Shown here piece after piece: positions 50,669-63,349 of a stretch of DNA of 64,000 nt (its first letter is position 1; each line of letters opens with the position of its first letter). Both the position numbers and the translations under genes were made by a program. Source of the stretch: Rhizophagus irregularis (lineage: Eukaryota); assembly GCF_026210795.1 (NCBI RefSeq), contig NC_089435.1, positions 992,001 to 1,056,000 on the forward strand, in the 5' to 3' direction. The notes under the pieces are model-generated. The model was not told the origin of the DNA. It ran no database searches and saw only the letters and a list, made by a program, of their open reading frames with translations.

Positions 50669-51099
50669 ATTGTAATTGAAAGTGAAAGGGGAGGGAAGGG
50701 GAAGTATTAAATTGTTATTATTACGCTGATCTGAGTAAATTTATATTCATTTTTGGAGTGAGGCGCAGTTTTAATAAAACCATGGAAATTGTGGCTATAC
50801 TAATTTCGCCCCGGGGGCTAAAAACTCTTTCCGCCGATCATCATATCCACAAATTTTAGGACGAATGAAAAGTGGAAGAGTGCAACAAGGCTTATGTAAA
50901 ATTTATTTTAGAACCAGACAAATTCGTTTCGTGGCGATGCAACAAAATACAGCACATGGCTTGCCATAGGCGGCATGATCAAAAAGGAAATAAAAACTTT
51001 TTCGAGGAACCAATAATATTTTATTTTATTTTAAAAATTTAGACAATGACGGAAGCCATACAAGTAGGAACCAATAATATGGAAGATTGGTGCACTATC

Positions 51100-52530
51100 G
51101 GTTAGGCGACTTAGGCGTCACCATTTTTCGCATCATTTAAAAATCAATCATGAACATGATTGCAATCTTGCACTGGAAATTATTAATGGAGCGAGACCAA
51201 GTATTATATCAGGTACTCCCTTTGTATATAAGCAGTTAATGACACAATGTTTGGAGGCTGATTCAAAGAGACCTGCTGATATAGGTTGTCTTTATAATAA
51301 AATATTTGAAATAAGAAATATTTATTATCAAAATAGTTTAAAGAACCCATGTGATGAACTACCATTCCACAAGTGTAATATTAATTTATATCATTTTTTT
51401 TCGATCAAACAAAAGTAGAAGTTTTATAACAGATTATGGAAGCCGATAAATTACAAGTAAATTTTATAACTTTGAAAATTTATCATCATTAAAACCTAAA
51501 AATGCGACAGAACGTACTAAATCATATTATTTGTGTGTTATATTTAAAAATATTGAACTAATTTATAAATTCTTTTGATTCGACCAAAAATAGAGAAACA
51601 AAGAGGTATATAATTTATTATTATAACATGACATGATATAGTAAGTAGTATTCATTAAAATTATTGATACATTTATAGCGTTTCATAGTAAACCTTATGT
51701 TTTTAATTTTTCTGATAGTAGTAAGTATTAAAACATTTATTTTTTTTTAATGTGATTTTCTTATTAATTTTTTATTGAATTTAGATAATTCAAGCACATT
51801 AAAAAAAGTACAGAGCTGTTTTGAGGGTAATTAAATTAACTATTATATAATAATTTGTGTTATTTAAAAGTAACCATTTTTTAATAATTCGATTAGACCT
51901 TAGTGTAAATTTGACAAACAAATTTAAAAAAATAAAGATAAATTCCAAAAATGGTAAGAAATCGATTGTAATTTTAATGAAAAATTGAAAATTATTAATT
52001 GACTTAAATTTAATTATTTGTCTAGATAAGAAAATGAATTATTCCAACAAAGAAACAAATAATAATATAAATAATAATCATTATAACATGAACTTCTAAA
52101 GTAAGGTTTTATTCTAATATATATAATGAAGCAGTAATTAAATTTTATAATTAGTATGCATATTAATAGTCATACTTATTAATAATTATACTTTTTTCAA
52201 ACAAATGATAATAGTGGAAGAAGGTAGGTATTTATTAAAATATATGGTATTGCATTATTACTGTACTGTACATGTAGTTTTTGATTAATTATTTAATTAC
52301 TTCAGTTGATAGTATCTCGAGTAAAGATTTGACAAATGAACAGTATAATTACAGGTAAATTATTTTAACCAATATAAACTAATTATGTCATCTCATTGGA
52401 TAGTAAAAAATAATCAAAAAATATAGTATAAAGTTGGTAATTGAATCTTTTTCAAGTTTAAAAAAAAAAAGATTATGTAGACATAATTAATTCAGAAGAT
52501 CAAGATGAGTTGGAAATTCCTGATGGTAAA
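51100..52530 (+). pseudogene. Kinase C-lobe and multi-exon C-terminal tail remnant
   Basis: EHDCNLALEIINGARPSIISGTPFVYKQLMTQCLEAD.KRP, SKFYNFENL..PKNATE, several short AG..GT exons (e.g. 51786-51827, 51897-51953), and SEDQDELEIPD; no N-lobe. Confidence 0.7.
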
Positions 52531-53008
52531 TAAAAAGAGGGCTTATATTAAAGTATTGATTTTTACTAATAGATTATTTATATTGTTCAAACACTTAGTA
52601 AAATAATAGAAACTCTATTAGTCTGTGATTTGAAATATTAATGTTGAAGTTTTACATGATCGAAATTCCTATTTATATGAATAATTAACATATAAAATAT
52701 AAATAATATAAATGTAAAAATATTTAAAATTTTATATGAAAATTATAAATTATAAATAATAAATAATAAATAAATAATTAAGATAATAAATATAATTAAA
52801 ATTTATTCAATACCTCTAATATCTCTCATGAGATTTTTTTCTTTTGTTATCATTTCAATGTACTTGTACCACTGATGCATGAAGCTATTTAAAGTATGAA
52901 CGACTGAATATCTTTGTATTGCATGATAAATATCATAGGCAGTAATACTTTCTATTTAATTTTTCTATACAATTAATTTTTCTTTTGAGTATCAAAATCT
53001 ATGTTTAA

Positions 53009-53510
53009 TTTTTTTTTTTTTTTATTACAAAGGAAAAATTTATTATAAAAGAAAAATATACAAAATTGAACTAATTTAGTTTAAATACAAGATCAAATAA
53101 AAACTAATAAAAACCTTGGTGACTTAAGAACATGTGTTCAAAAGAACTATCTACCATCATGCCTGCCCAAATACTTTCACATGCATAAAGCATCCTACTG
53201 GTATTTGTACATCCTTTGGTGACTAGCTCAAAGATATTTCTCTACAAAAAAAAATAATAAAACAAAAAAATAAAACAATTCTAAAACCTAAAAAAATCTA
53301 GTATATCCTAAATTAATTTATGTAAAACATCTAAAATTTCCACTAAGACCTTAGATCATGATGTTTTACGGGACTTATCTTCCTTCTGCATTTTATGTTT
53401 CTCAGATTTTGTCTCTTGTGGTTTCTTTTTAGAATTCTTAGAATTCTTTTGACTTTTATCAGTCTTTCAACTTCCTGAAGTTCTTTTCTGATCCTTGTTG
53501 GCATTATTGC
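53009..53510 (-). mobile_element. Retroposed/LINE-like remnant with a poly(A) tail
   Basis: Poly-T tract at ~53009-53023 with aataaa upstream on the minus strand, and a K-rich minus-strand coding remnant at 53350-53510. Confidence 0.45.
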
Positions 53511-53511
53511 C

Positions 53512-53660
53512 TAGAGTTCCGAATGGGACAGGTCAGGTCAGGTTAATTGATAAACCTGACCTGAAATTTTTTTTCAGGTCAGGTCAGGTCAGGTCATATC
53601 AGATTATCTGTTTGACCTGACCTGAACTGAAACCTGAAAATTTTCAGGATTTATATTAAA
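53512..53660. mobile_element. Solo end of a hAT-like element (TAGAGTTCCGAATGGG, CAGGT subterminal repeats)
   Basis: Matches the reverse complement of the right end of the 54640-55508 element; no partner end identified. Confidence 0.7.
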
Positions 53661-54639
53661 ATATCAAAAAAAATGGTGCAAAACATTTGTTTTTGAAATA
53701 TCACGATTCAGTTTTTTATATTAAAATCATATAAAAAGGTGAATCGCAATACTGCAACTAACTTTTTAAATATAAAATCAATGGCGGCGACCCTGTCGCC
53801 ATGGTGACCCTAATCACGTGATTTTATACTATATTTTGATTGGTCAACTTTTTTTATTTTTGTTAAAAAATTTGCAACACTTTAATTCGCAAAAAGTTTT
53901 TGATTTTACACAATAAAATAATGATATACTGTATAGTTAAAAATCGTTTAATTAAAGTTTACTAATAGAGAAACATTGTAAAATTTATATTTTATTTTTA
54001 ACAGAACTAGTAATTTTGATACACAAAAAAAAAATGACAACAACAGAGTTAAAAACAAAATCAAGATGAAAAACAAGACTCACAAAGAAAGTTGAAGAAT
54101 TAAATGATAATGAAACCCATGAAATCAAAGAACAAACCCTATGACATTGAAAAGTAAAGCCTGCGAAGTCAAAGAGTGGCATAAAGTAAAAAAAATATAG
54201 TTAGTAAAGTATAATGTAAACAAGAACCTAAAGAATAAAAAAGAAAAAAAGAAAAAAATACTCAACGCGAAAAAAAGCTCATAATAAGGCTAAAGGATGA
54301 AACTTATAAAGTAAGTTAAAGAACAAAATAATAACAAAACCTGTGAAGTTAAAAGTAAAACGCGTCATATAGTGTTGAAGAGGAAGGAGTTAAAGAACGG
54401 CATAGAGAGTCAGTAAAGAACAAATTAAAAAACAAAGGCAAGAAAAAAAAGGATGTACCTTAATTGTAAAACTGGAAGAACCTAAAGACCTAAAAAAAAA
54501 AAGAAAAACAAAAAAAGCAAGAAAAGAATGAAAAAACATACCAAAAAAATGAAAAGGAAGGAAAAAAGGAAAGGAAAATAAAATCAAAAAAGAGAAAAGG
54601 GAAATAAAACGAAAAAAAAGTCAAAATTAAAACAAGTAA

Positions 54640-55508
54640 TAGAGCTCTGAAACCTGACTCAACAGATCAGGTGACCTGACGAGTTGACCCAAAATATTCA
54701 GGTCAGGTCATCAAATTCATGACCTGATACGGGTCGGGTCAGTGCTGGTCAGTACCCGACCCGACCCATTGACCTGACATATATTTGGGTCAAATAAATT
54801 AAATAACGCCAAAACTTATAATGATTCCAGCGTTTTTACATGTAAAATCAAAAGAAAAATGCCAGAACTAATGATTCTGGCGTTTTTACATGTAAAATCA
54901 AAAAAAAATGCCGAAACTATCAGTTTTGGCATTTTTACATGTAAAATCAAAAGAAAAACACCAGAACTAATGATTCTGGCACTTTTACATGTAAAATCAA
55001 AAAAAAATGCTGAAACTATCAGTTTCGGCATTTTTACATGTAAAATCAAAAGGAAAAATGCCGGAACTAATGATTCTGGCATTTTTACATGTAAAATTGA
55101 AAAAAAAATGCCGAAACTATCAGTTTCGGCATTTTTACATGTAAAATCAAAAAGGAAAAATGCTGGAACTAATGATTCTGGTGTTTTTACATGTAAAATT
55201 GAAAAATAAATGCCAAAACTATCAGTTTCGGCATTTTTACATGTAAAATCAAAAGGAAAAATGCTGAAACAAATAGTTTTGGCATTTTATATAAAAACAA
55301 AAAGTAAAAAACGTTACAAAACATTTTTTTACAATATTTAATAATAAAACTTTGGGTAACCCAAGTTACCTGAAGTGACCTGAATACTTTTAGGTCAAAT
55401 GGGTCGGGTCAGATCAGAACAGTTTACCCGACCCGACCTGACCTGAAAAAAAATTTCGGTTCGGGTTAACCAGGTAACCTGACCTGACCTGGCCCATTCA
55501 GAGCTCTA
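54640..55508. mobile_element. Non-autonomous hAT-like element with an internal palindromic minisatellite
   Basis: TIR TAGAGCTCTGAA/TTCAGAGCTCTA, perfect 8-bp TSD ACAAGTAA (54632-54639, 55509-55516), and ACCCG/ACCTG subterminal repeats. Confidence 0.92.
54805..55290. repeat. ~43-44-bp palindromic tandem repeat with alternating A/B units
   Basis: The TTTTACATGTAAAA palindrome recurs about 10 times, separated alternately by gaactaatgattctgg and aaactatcagtttcgg. Confidence 0.92.
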
Positions 55509-55685
55509 ACAAGTAAAGCAATAATAAAGAGAAAAGGAAACAAAAAAAGGAGGGAAAAAGAATAACAAAAAAAGGGGGAAATAATAACAAATAACTGAAG
55601 ACTGACATAATTGTAAATATTAATTGGCCAATCAAATTTGATCACATGATTTAGGGTCACACTGGCGATACGGGTCGCCAATGAC

Positions 55686-57207
55686 TAAAGCTCTGAACAG
55701 TTCGGGCTAAACTGGGGAACCGATCCGAAACTGGCTCAAAATTCGGTTCAGTTCAGTTCGGGTATTAGAACTGAAAAACTGGCGGTTCGGTTCGGTTTAA
55801 TCTGATTTTTATAAAAATGCAAAAAATCGAATAGCCGGCCATCTGGTGATCATATAAAGTCGACCAATATATTATTGGATTTCTCTCGACGAGATGCGTC
55901 GAATGGTGGTAAGATCATGTCTCTAGCATCGATAGATCACACGTTAATCCACGCTAAATGATTTATAAATAATTGGAATTAGAAGGCTATCTATCGGTGC
56001 TAGAGACATGATCTTAGCACCATTCGACGCGTCTCAGTGAGACGAATCCAATGAATATAAATTAGTTCGTGTACGACCACTGGATGGCGAATAATATCAA
56101 GTTTCGCATTTTTTTAAAATTTTCGAGCGTTAAAAATTAAAAATTCCGATACATGAATTTATTCGTCGTCCAATGGTCGTAAAATATGAATTAGGACTCA
56201 TTAGATTCGTCTCGATGAGACGAGTCGAATGGTGGTAAGATCACGTCTCTAGCATCGACAAATAGCTTGCTAATGCCATTTTTTATAAATTATTTAGCGT
56301 GAATTAACATACGATCTATCAATAATAGAGACATGTTCTCACCACCATTCGACTCGTCTCATCGAGACGAATCCAATGAGTCCTAATTCATATTTGTAGG
56401 ACCATTGGACGACGAATAAATTCATGTATCGGAATTTTTAATTTTTAACGCTCGAAAATTTAAAAAAAATGCGAAACTTGATATTATTCGCCATCTAGTG
56501 GTCATACACGAACAAATTTATATTCATTGGATTCATCTCACTTAGACGCGTCGAATGGTGCTAAGATCATGTCTCTAGCACCGATAGATAGCTTGCTAAT
56601 TCCAATTATTGATAAATCATTTAGCGTAGGTTAACATGTGATCTATCGATGCTATAGACATGATCCTACCACCATTCGACTCGTCTCATCGAGACGAATC
56701 TAATGAGTCCTAATTCATATTTGTACGACCATTGGACGACGAATAAATTCATGTATCGGAATTTTTAATTTTAACGCTCGAAAATTTTAAAAAAATGCGA
56801 AACTTGATATTATTCGCCATCCAGTGGTCGTACGCGAACTAATTTATATTCATTGGATTCGTCTCACTGAGACGCGTCGAATGGTGCTAAGATCATGTCT
56901 CTAGCACCGATAGATAGCCTTCTAATTCCAATTATTTATAAATCATTTAGCGTAGGTTAACATGTGATCTATCGATGCTAAAGACATGATTTTACCACCA
57001 TTCGACGCGTCTCGTCGAGACGAATCCAATGATATATGGCTCGACTTTACACGATCACTAGATGGCCGGCTATTCGATTTTTCGCATTTTTATAAAAATC
57101 AGATTAAACCGAACCGAACCGCCGGTTTTTCGGTTTGGTTCTTACGGATTTCGGCTCTAATCCGAACCGTCTATAATCCGGACCAAACCGACCCGTTTGA
57201 TGCTTTA
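55686..57207. mobile_element. hAT-like foldback element built of inverted modules
   Basis: Ends TAAAGC..GCTTTA, 8-bp TSD CCAATGAC/CCTATGAC (7/8), and GGTTC/GAACC subterminal repeats; the interior is largely self-complementary. Confidence 0.85.
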
Positions 57208-57223
57208 CCTATGACATTTTCCC

Positions 57224-57820
57224 TAAAATCAATATAAAAAAAGTGAATTCTGATACTGCAATTCACTTTTTATATATAAAATTGATATAAAAAAGTGAAT
57301 TCTGATACCGCAATTCACTTTTTATATCTAAAATCAATATAAAAAAGTGAATTCTGATACCGCAATTCACTTTTTATATCTAAAATCAATATAAACAAGT
57401 GAATTCCGATACCGCAATTCACTTTTTATATCTAAAATCGATATAAAAAAGTGAATTCCGATACCGCAATTCACTTTTTATATCTAAAATTGATATAAAA
57501 AAGTGAATTCCGATACCGCAATTCACTTTTTATATCTAAAATTGATATAAAAAAGTGAATTCCGATACCGCAATTCACTTTTTATATTTAAAATCGATAT
57601 AAAAAAGTGAATTCTAATACCGCAATTCACTTTTATATCTAAAATCAATATAAAAAAGTGAATTCTGATACCGCAATTCACTTTTTATATCTAAAATCAA
57701 TATAAAAAAGTGAATTCTAATACCGCAATTCATTTTTTATATCTAAAATCAATATAAAAAAGTGAATTCTGATACCGCAATTCACTTTCTATATATAAAA
57801 TTGATATAAAAAAGTGAAAA
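57224..57820. repeat. ~52-54-bp palindromic satellite (atataaaaaagtgaattc(t/c)gataccgcaattcactttttatatctaaaatc), ~11 copies
   Basis: Near-identical tandem units, each a hairpin; degenerate copies also occur at ~53700-53782. Confidence 0.95.
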
Positions 57821-58183
57821 AATTTCTCTGTGTCCTAGATACTTATGAAAAATGGAAACAAGGAAAGGCATGACGCTGGTGATGAAAAACCTCACGTGAT
57901 TTTTCATGACATTTTTTTCAGGTCATGCTGGAAAAATCTTAATATTTCCCAACCAAATAATCAACATAGTTTCTAAGTTAAGTGGGCGTGCACTACATCT
58001 CAGCTTATAAACTATGTCAATCATTTGGCTGGGTGCATATTCCTGAAACTTTTCCGGTTATAGAAGTTGATCATCATAGAATAATATAAAAATGCAATAC
58101 CTCAAACTTAAATTTTTTAGTTTTTTACCGCATTTTCTGCATTTCTTGCTTATTCTAATTACTACGTTTATAAATTAAAAACA

Positions 58184-59648
58184 ATGTCTTCAAAATTTTG
58201 GGCAGAATTATCTAACGATTATGAAAAACTTTTTGAGACAGAAATTGGATATGATGTTATTATTTACGCTGGTGAAGAGCAATATGTTAAGGAAATTCAT
58301 GCTCATTCAAATATTTTATCTATTAGGTCTCAATACTTTCGTTCTGCTTTTTCTAATGAATGGGCTGAGAAAAAGGACGGAAAATTTATTTTCAAAAAGC
58401 CAAATATTTCTCCACAATTATTTAATATTATTCTTAGGTATTTGTAATGTTTATAATAATTTTTATGTTAAAAAGGAAATTCTAATTAATATTATATTAT
58501 TGTACTAAATTAGGTTTATTTATTGTGGAAATATTGAATTAAAGAATTTACAAGGTCCTGATGTATTGAAATTGCTAATTGCAGTTGATGAGCTTAATAT
58601 TCATCCTTTAGTTTCTCATATTCAAGAATTTTTGATTGAACACCAAATTGAATTTTTATACCAAAATCCAACTGGAATTCTTGAAACTGTTTATCAACAT
58701 GAAACATTTACAGATTTATGGAATTTCTGTCTTGAAAAAATTTGTGAAGAACCTAAAGTTTTATTTGATTCTGATAAATTTATTGACTTAAAAGCTCCTT
58801 TATTAGAATTATTGTTAAAAAGAGATGATTTAAATATGGAAGAAATTGAAATTTGGGAAAATTTGTTAAAATGGTGTTTTTCTCAACAAAATATGAAGAA
58901 TGAACCATTAAAATGGAATAAAGAAGATATTACAAAGATCGAGAGGGCATTGTACAGATTTATTCCTTTAATTCGATTTTATGATATTGAACCTACAGAT
59001 TTCTTTTATAAAGTTTATTGTTATAAAGATATCTTACCACAAGATTTAATTCATAATCTCTTAGAATTTCATATAGTTCCCAATATGAAATCTAAAGCTA
59101 ATTTGAAACCTTCAAGGAAACCTAGCATTAAATCAACCTTGATTGAATCAAATTATATTCCTATTTTTGCTTCATGGATTGATAAAATGGATTCTTCACA
59201 TTATAATAGAAAAAATATTCCTTATGACTTTAAATTATTATATCGATCAAGTCAGGATGGAAATGATGTTTTATCTTTTCATAAAAATTGTGATGATAAA
59301 GGAGCTACTATTTGGATCGCAAAAATCAAAAATTCTACACAATTAATTGGTGGGTATAATCCACTTAATTGGGATCAAAGTAGGTCTTACAAAACTACAG
59401 CAGATAGTTTTTTATTTAATTTTACAAATGAAAGAGATATTTCTATTGCAAAAAAATGTTATGTTAGTAAACCAGATAGGGCTGTTTATTGTCACAATAG
59501 TTTTGGACCAGCTATGGGTAATTTATTCTGTGAAAATAATGTTTGGACTTATAGAAATTATGATAATGGAAATCGTTATCCTAAAATAGGAATCCCAGCA
59601 AATTTTGAAGTAGAAGATTATGAAGTATTTCAAGTAATTAAAAAATAA
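58184..59648 (+). CDS. BTB/POZ-BACK-TLDc protein, copy 1; exons 58184-58437 and 58514-59648
   Basis: BTB, BACK and TLDc motifs (FKLLYRSSQDG..FHKNCD.KGAT..IGGYNP..DSFLF..FGP..DYEVFQV); one in-frame GT-AG intron. Confidence 0.95.
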
Positions 59649-61016
59649 AATAAAAAATTTAATTAATAAATGAATTTAGAATTTTGTTTCATCTTCTAGC
59701 ATTTTTTTGTTTATTTAAGCAAGATTTATATTCAATTTGAGTTTATGAAAATAATTAAGTTCATAATAATAAAATGTATACATAATTATTTGGCATAATT
59801 ATAGTACTCTTTATACAGATTTTAAGTGAGCAATATTAAATACTGTACTCAAATTAAGCTTTAAATAAGTTATAGAATAACCAATCTCAGAAAAAATTAT
59901 TAGATATTAAAATAATTTTATCACAACTTATTGCTATACTCCTTTAATGGATTTCATTTTTTATTATTTTTATGAATTTTCTGGCAAGTGGTTGAAATGA
60001 TTGAAGTTTATATTAATAAAATCAAGGCAACTTTAAAACAATTAACAAGATAATTCAAAATTAGCAAACAACTAAATTACTCTATAATGAAACTATCTAG
60101 ATGACCAAACTATTATCAAAAAAAAAATAAATTAAGGAAAAAAAATACATATTTACTTATTTTGAATGAAATTTTGTGATTCTATTTGTCCATAACTTTT
60201 CTTAATCCTCTATACTGAACCCATAGGTATTTTTATTTTTTGTGATTGAGATTAAGCAAATTAAATTTTATAAGTCATGAATTTTAAATTAGTAATGAAG
60301 GAAGTTATTAATTCGTTAATTTCGTTAAGTAATTATGTTCCTTAGGAACTTTAAGAGAGTGAATACTTGTAAATTAAATTTACAGTATTTTATATATTCT
60401 GGAATTAATTAATAATTTAAATTAAGTTATTCTCCATGCTTGGAGAAACTAATAAATTTGAAATTGTGGTACTTCATCGTGGAAATTTTAAATATTCAAA
60501 TTTAAATATGATAATATGTAAATCAAACTGAATTAACCGCTTTTGTAGTTAAAAATTATAATAACAATCACACATACAGTTGATAATTATGAAAGTGCAG
60601 CATATGGCCAGTAGATTTATTACTGAAAGCCAATCAAACAATCCACAAATAAATCTATCTAAATTAAACTACTGAAATTTACGGCGTTATGCACTAACAC
60701 GTGAAAATAAACAGTGACGAATAAGGTGTGACGAATACGTTTTTACTTACTAAGTCCCTCAGATACTTATGAAAAATGGAAACAAGGAATGGTGTGACAG
60801 ACGTGACAAAAAACAGTCACGTGTTTTATATTGTGACATTTTTGAAGGGTAAATCTTAATATTCCTGAAACTTTTCCGGTTATAGAAATTGATCATCATA
60901 GAATAGTATAAAAATGGTTTCGTACCTCAATACCTCAAACTTAAATTTTTTAGTTTTTTACCGCATTTTCTGCATTTCTTGCTTATTCTAATTACTACGT
61001 TTATAAATTAAAAACA

Positions 61017-62481
61017 ATGTCTTCAAAATTTTGGGCAGAATTATCTAACGATTACGAAAAACTTTTTGAGACAGAAATTGGATATGACGTTATTATTTAC
61101 GCTGGTGAAGAGCAATATGTTAAGGAAATTCATGCTCATTCAAATATTTTATCTATTAGGTCTCAATACTTTCGTTCTGCTTTTTCTAATGAATGGGCTG
61201 AGAAAAAGGATGGAAAATTTATTTTCAAAAAACCAAATATTTCTCCACAATTATTTAATATTATTCTTAGGTATTTGTAATGTTTATAATAATTTTTATG
61301 TTAAAAAGGAAATTCTAATTAATATTATATTATTGTATGTTAGGTTTATTTATTGTGGAAATATTGAATTAAAGAATTTACAAGGTCCTGATGTATTGAA
61401 ATTATTAATTGCAGTTGATGAGCTTAATATTCATTCTTTAGTTTCTCATATTCAAGAATTTTTGATTGAACACCAAACTGAATTTTTATACCAAGATCCA
61501 ACTGGAATTCTTGAAACTGTTTATCAACATGAAACATTTACAGATTTATGGAATTTCTGTCTTGAAAAAATCTGTGAAGAACCTAAAGTTTTATTCAATT
61601 CTGATAAATTTATTAATTTAAAAGCTCCTTTATTAGAATTATTGTTAAAAAGAGATGATTTAAATATGGATGAAATTGAAATTTGGGAAAATTTGTTAAA
61701 ATGGTGTTTTACTCAACAAAATGTGAAGAATAAACCATCAAAATGGAATAAAGAAGATATTACAAAGATTGAGAGAGCATTATATAGATTTATTCCATTA
61801 ATTCGATTTTATGATATTGAACCTACAGATTTCTTTTATAAAGTTTATTGTTATAAAGATATCTTACCACAAGATTTAATTCATAATCTTTTAGAATTTT
61901 ATATAGTTCCTAATATGAAACCTAAAAATGATTTGACACCTTCAAGAAAACCTAGCATTAAATCAACCTTGATTGAATCAAACCATATTCCTATTTTTGC
62001 TTCATGGATTGATAAAAAAGATTCTTCACATTATAATAGAAAAAATATTCCTTGTGACTTTAAATTATTATATCGTTCAAGTCAGGATGGGAATGATACT
62101 TTATCTTTTCATAGAAATTGTGACAATAAAGGAGCTACTATTTGGATTGCAAAAATTAAAAATTCTACACAATTAATTGGTGGGTATAATCCACTTGATT
62201 GGGATCAAAGTAACAGTTGGAAAACTACAGCAGATAGTTTTTTATTTAATTTTACAAATGGAAGAGATATTTCTACTTCAAAAAGAAGTTATGTTAGTAT
62301 ACAGAATTATGCTGTTTTTTGTGGCCCTAGGTATGGACCAACTATGGGTAATTTATTCTGTGAAAATAATGTTTGGTCTTATAATAATGGTTATGATAAT
62401 GGAAATCGTTATCCTAAAATAGGAATCCCAGCAAATTTTGAAGTAGAAGATTATGAAGTATTTCAAGTAATTAAAAAATAA
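61017..62481 (+). CDS. BTB/POZ-BACK-TLDc protein, copy 2; exons 61017-61270 and 61344-62481
   Basis: Tandem paralog of copy 1 with identical exon-1 peptide and the same intron position. Confidence 0.95.
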
Positions 62482-63349
62482 AATAAAAAATTTAATTAAT
62501 AAATGTATTTAGAATTTTTTTTCATTTTCTAGTACCATTTTTTGTTTATTTAAGCAAGATTTATATTCAATTTGAATTTATGAAAATAATTAAGTTCATA
62601 ATAATAAAATGTATATATTATTATTTGGCACTCTTTATACAGATTTTAAGTGAGCAATATTTAATACTGTACTCAAATTACTAATACTCTATATTGATTT
62701 CCGAAGGTACTTTTATTTTTTAATGAATAATATACTAATTAAATATTTTAATGAAATTATTAAAACAACTCAAAAATTTTGAATTGTAATGAAGAGAATT
62801 CAAAATTATTAATTTTGTTAAGAAGTACCTTCCCTTTAATTGATGCCAGAATAGCTACATAGCTTGAAGAAAATCTTAAAATACTTGAATATAAATATTA
62901 TTACAAAAAGAAGAGAAGTGATTTAATGAAGTAACTAAGCAAACTGAAATTCAATTCCTTACTCAAATAAATGTTTACATTTTTGATAAATCATATCTCA
63001 AAAAAAATGTTGAAATGCCTAATAAATTTGAGCCTATATTACAAGTACATATAATTTTGAAAGATAATGACGGAATTTTAATTTTCACTTTTTCTTGATG
63101 ATTTGTTCATAATTTATCGTTGATATAAAGAATGAATACATTAAAATTATTATTGTATTTAGAATCAATAATACTAAGTTCTGAATTTACTTAGCGAATA
63201 TCTGGTCATTTATCTGGTTCGTATATCCAACATTTAATATTCGAATAAACAATAAGAAAAAATTATACTAGATCAGAAAGTATTGATTGCCTTTTAATAC
63301 TAATAAAATAATGTTTCTATTCGACATTTTTTTTGTAAGAAAATTTTTT

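Larger units (their letters stand above)
53783..57223. mobile_element. MULE-like non-autonomous element hosting two hAT-like insertions
   Basis: Inverted ends ggcgaccctgtcgccatggtgaccctaatcacgtgat (~53786) and atcacatgatttagggtcacactggcgatacgggtcgcc (~55641-55679), the latter interrupted by the 55686-57207 element. TAAAATCAAT flanks both sides. Confidence 0.6.

Noticed and set aside
51780..52530. Second micro-exon system in the kinase tail remnant
   Set aside because: The exons are about 30-80 nt, non-repetitive, and belong to a decayed gene; there is no AG-NNN-GT pattern.
54805..57820. Palindromic 43-bp and 53-bp arrays as CRISPR repeats, and ORFs 54816-55209 and 56986-57237
   Set aside because: There are no unique spacers. 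The arrays lie in or next to TIR/TSD-bounded elements, and the ORFs are translations of repeats.
61066..61343. 471-aa ORF start as a real N-terminus
   Set aside because: It is an off-frame read-through of exon 1 and the intron; the spliced model matches copy 1.
59143..62422. Overlapping alternate-frame ORFs conserved in both BTB-TLDc copies
   Set aside because: Their conservation is explained by the recent duplication; they have non-ATG starts and no domain signal.
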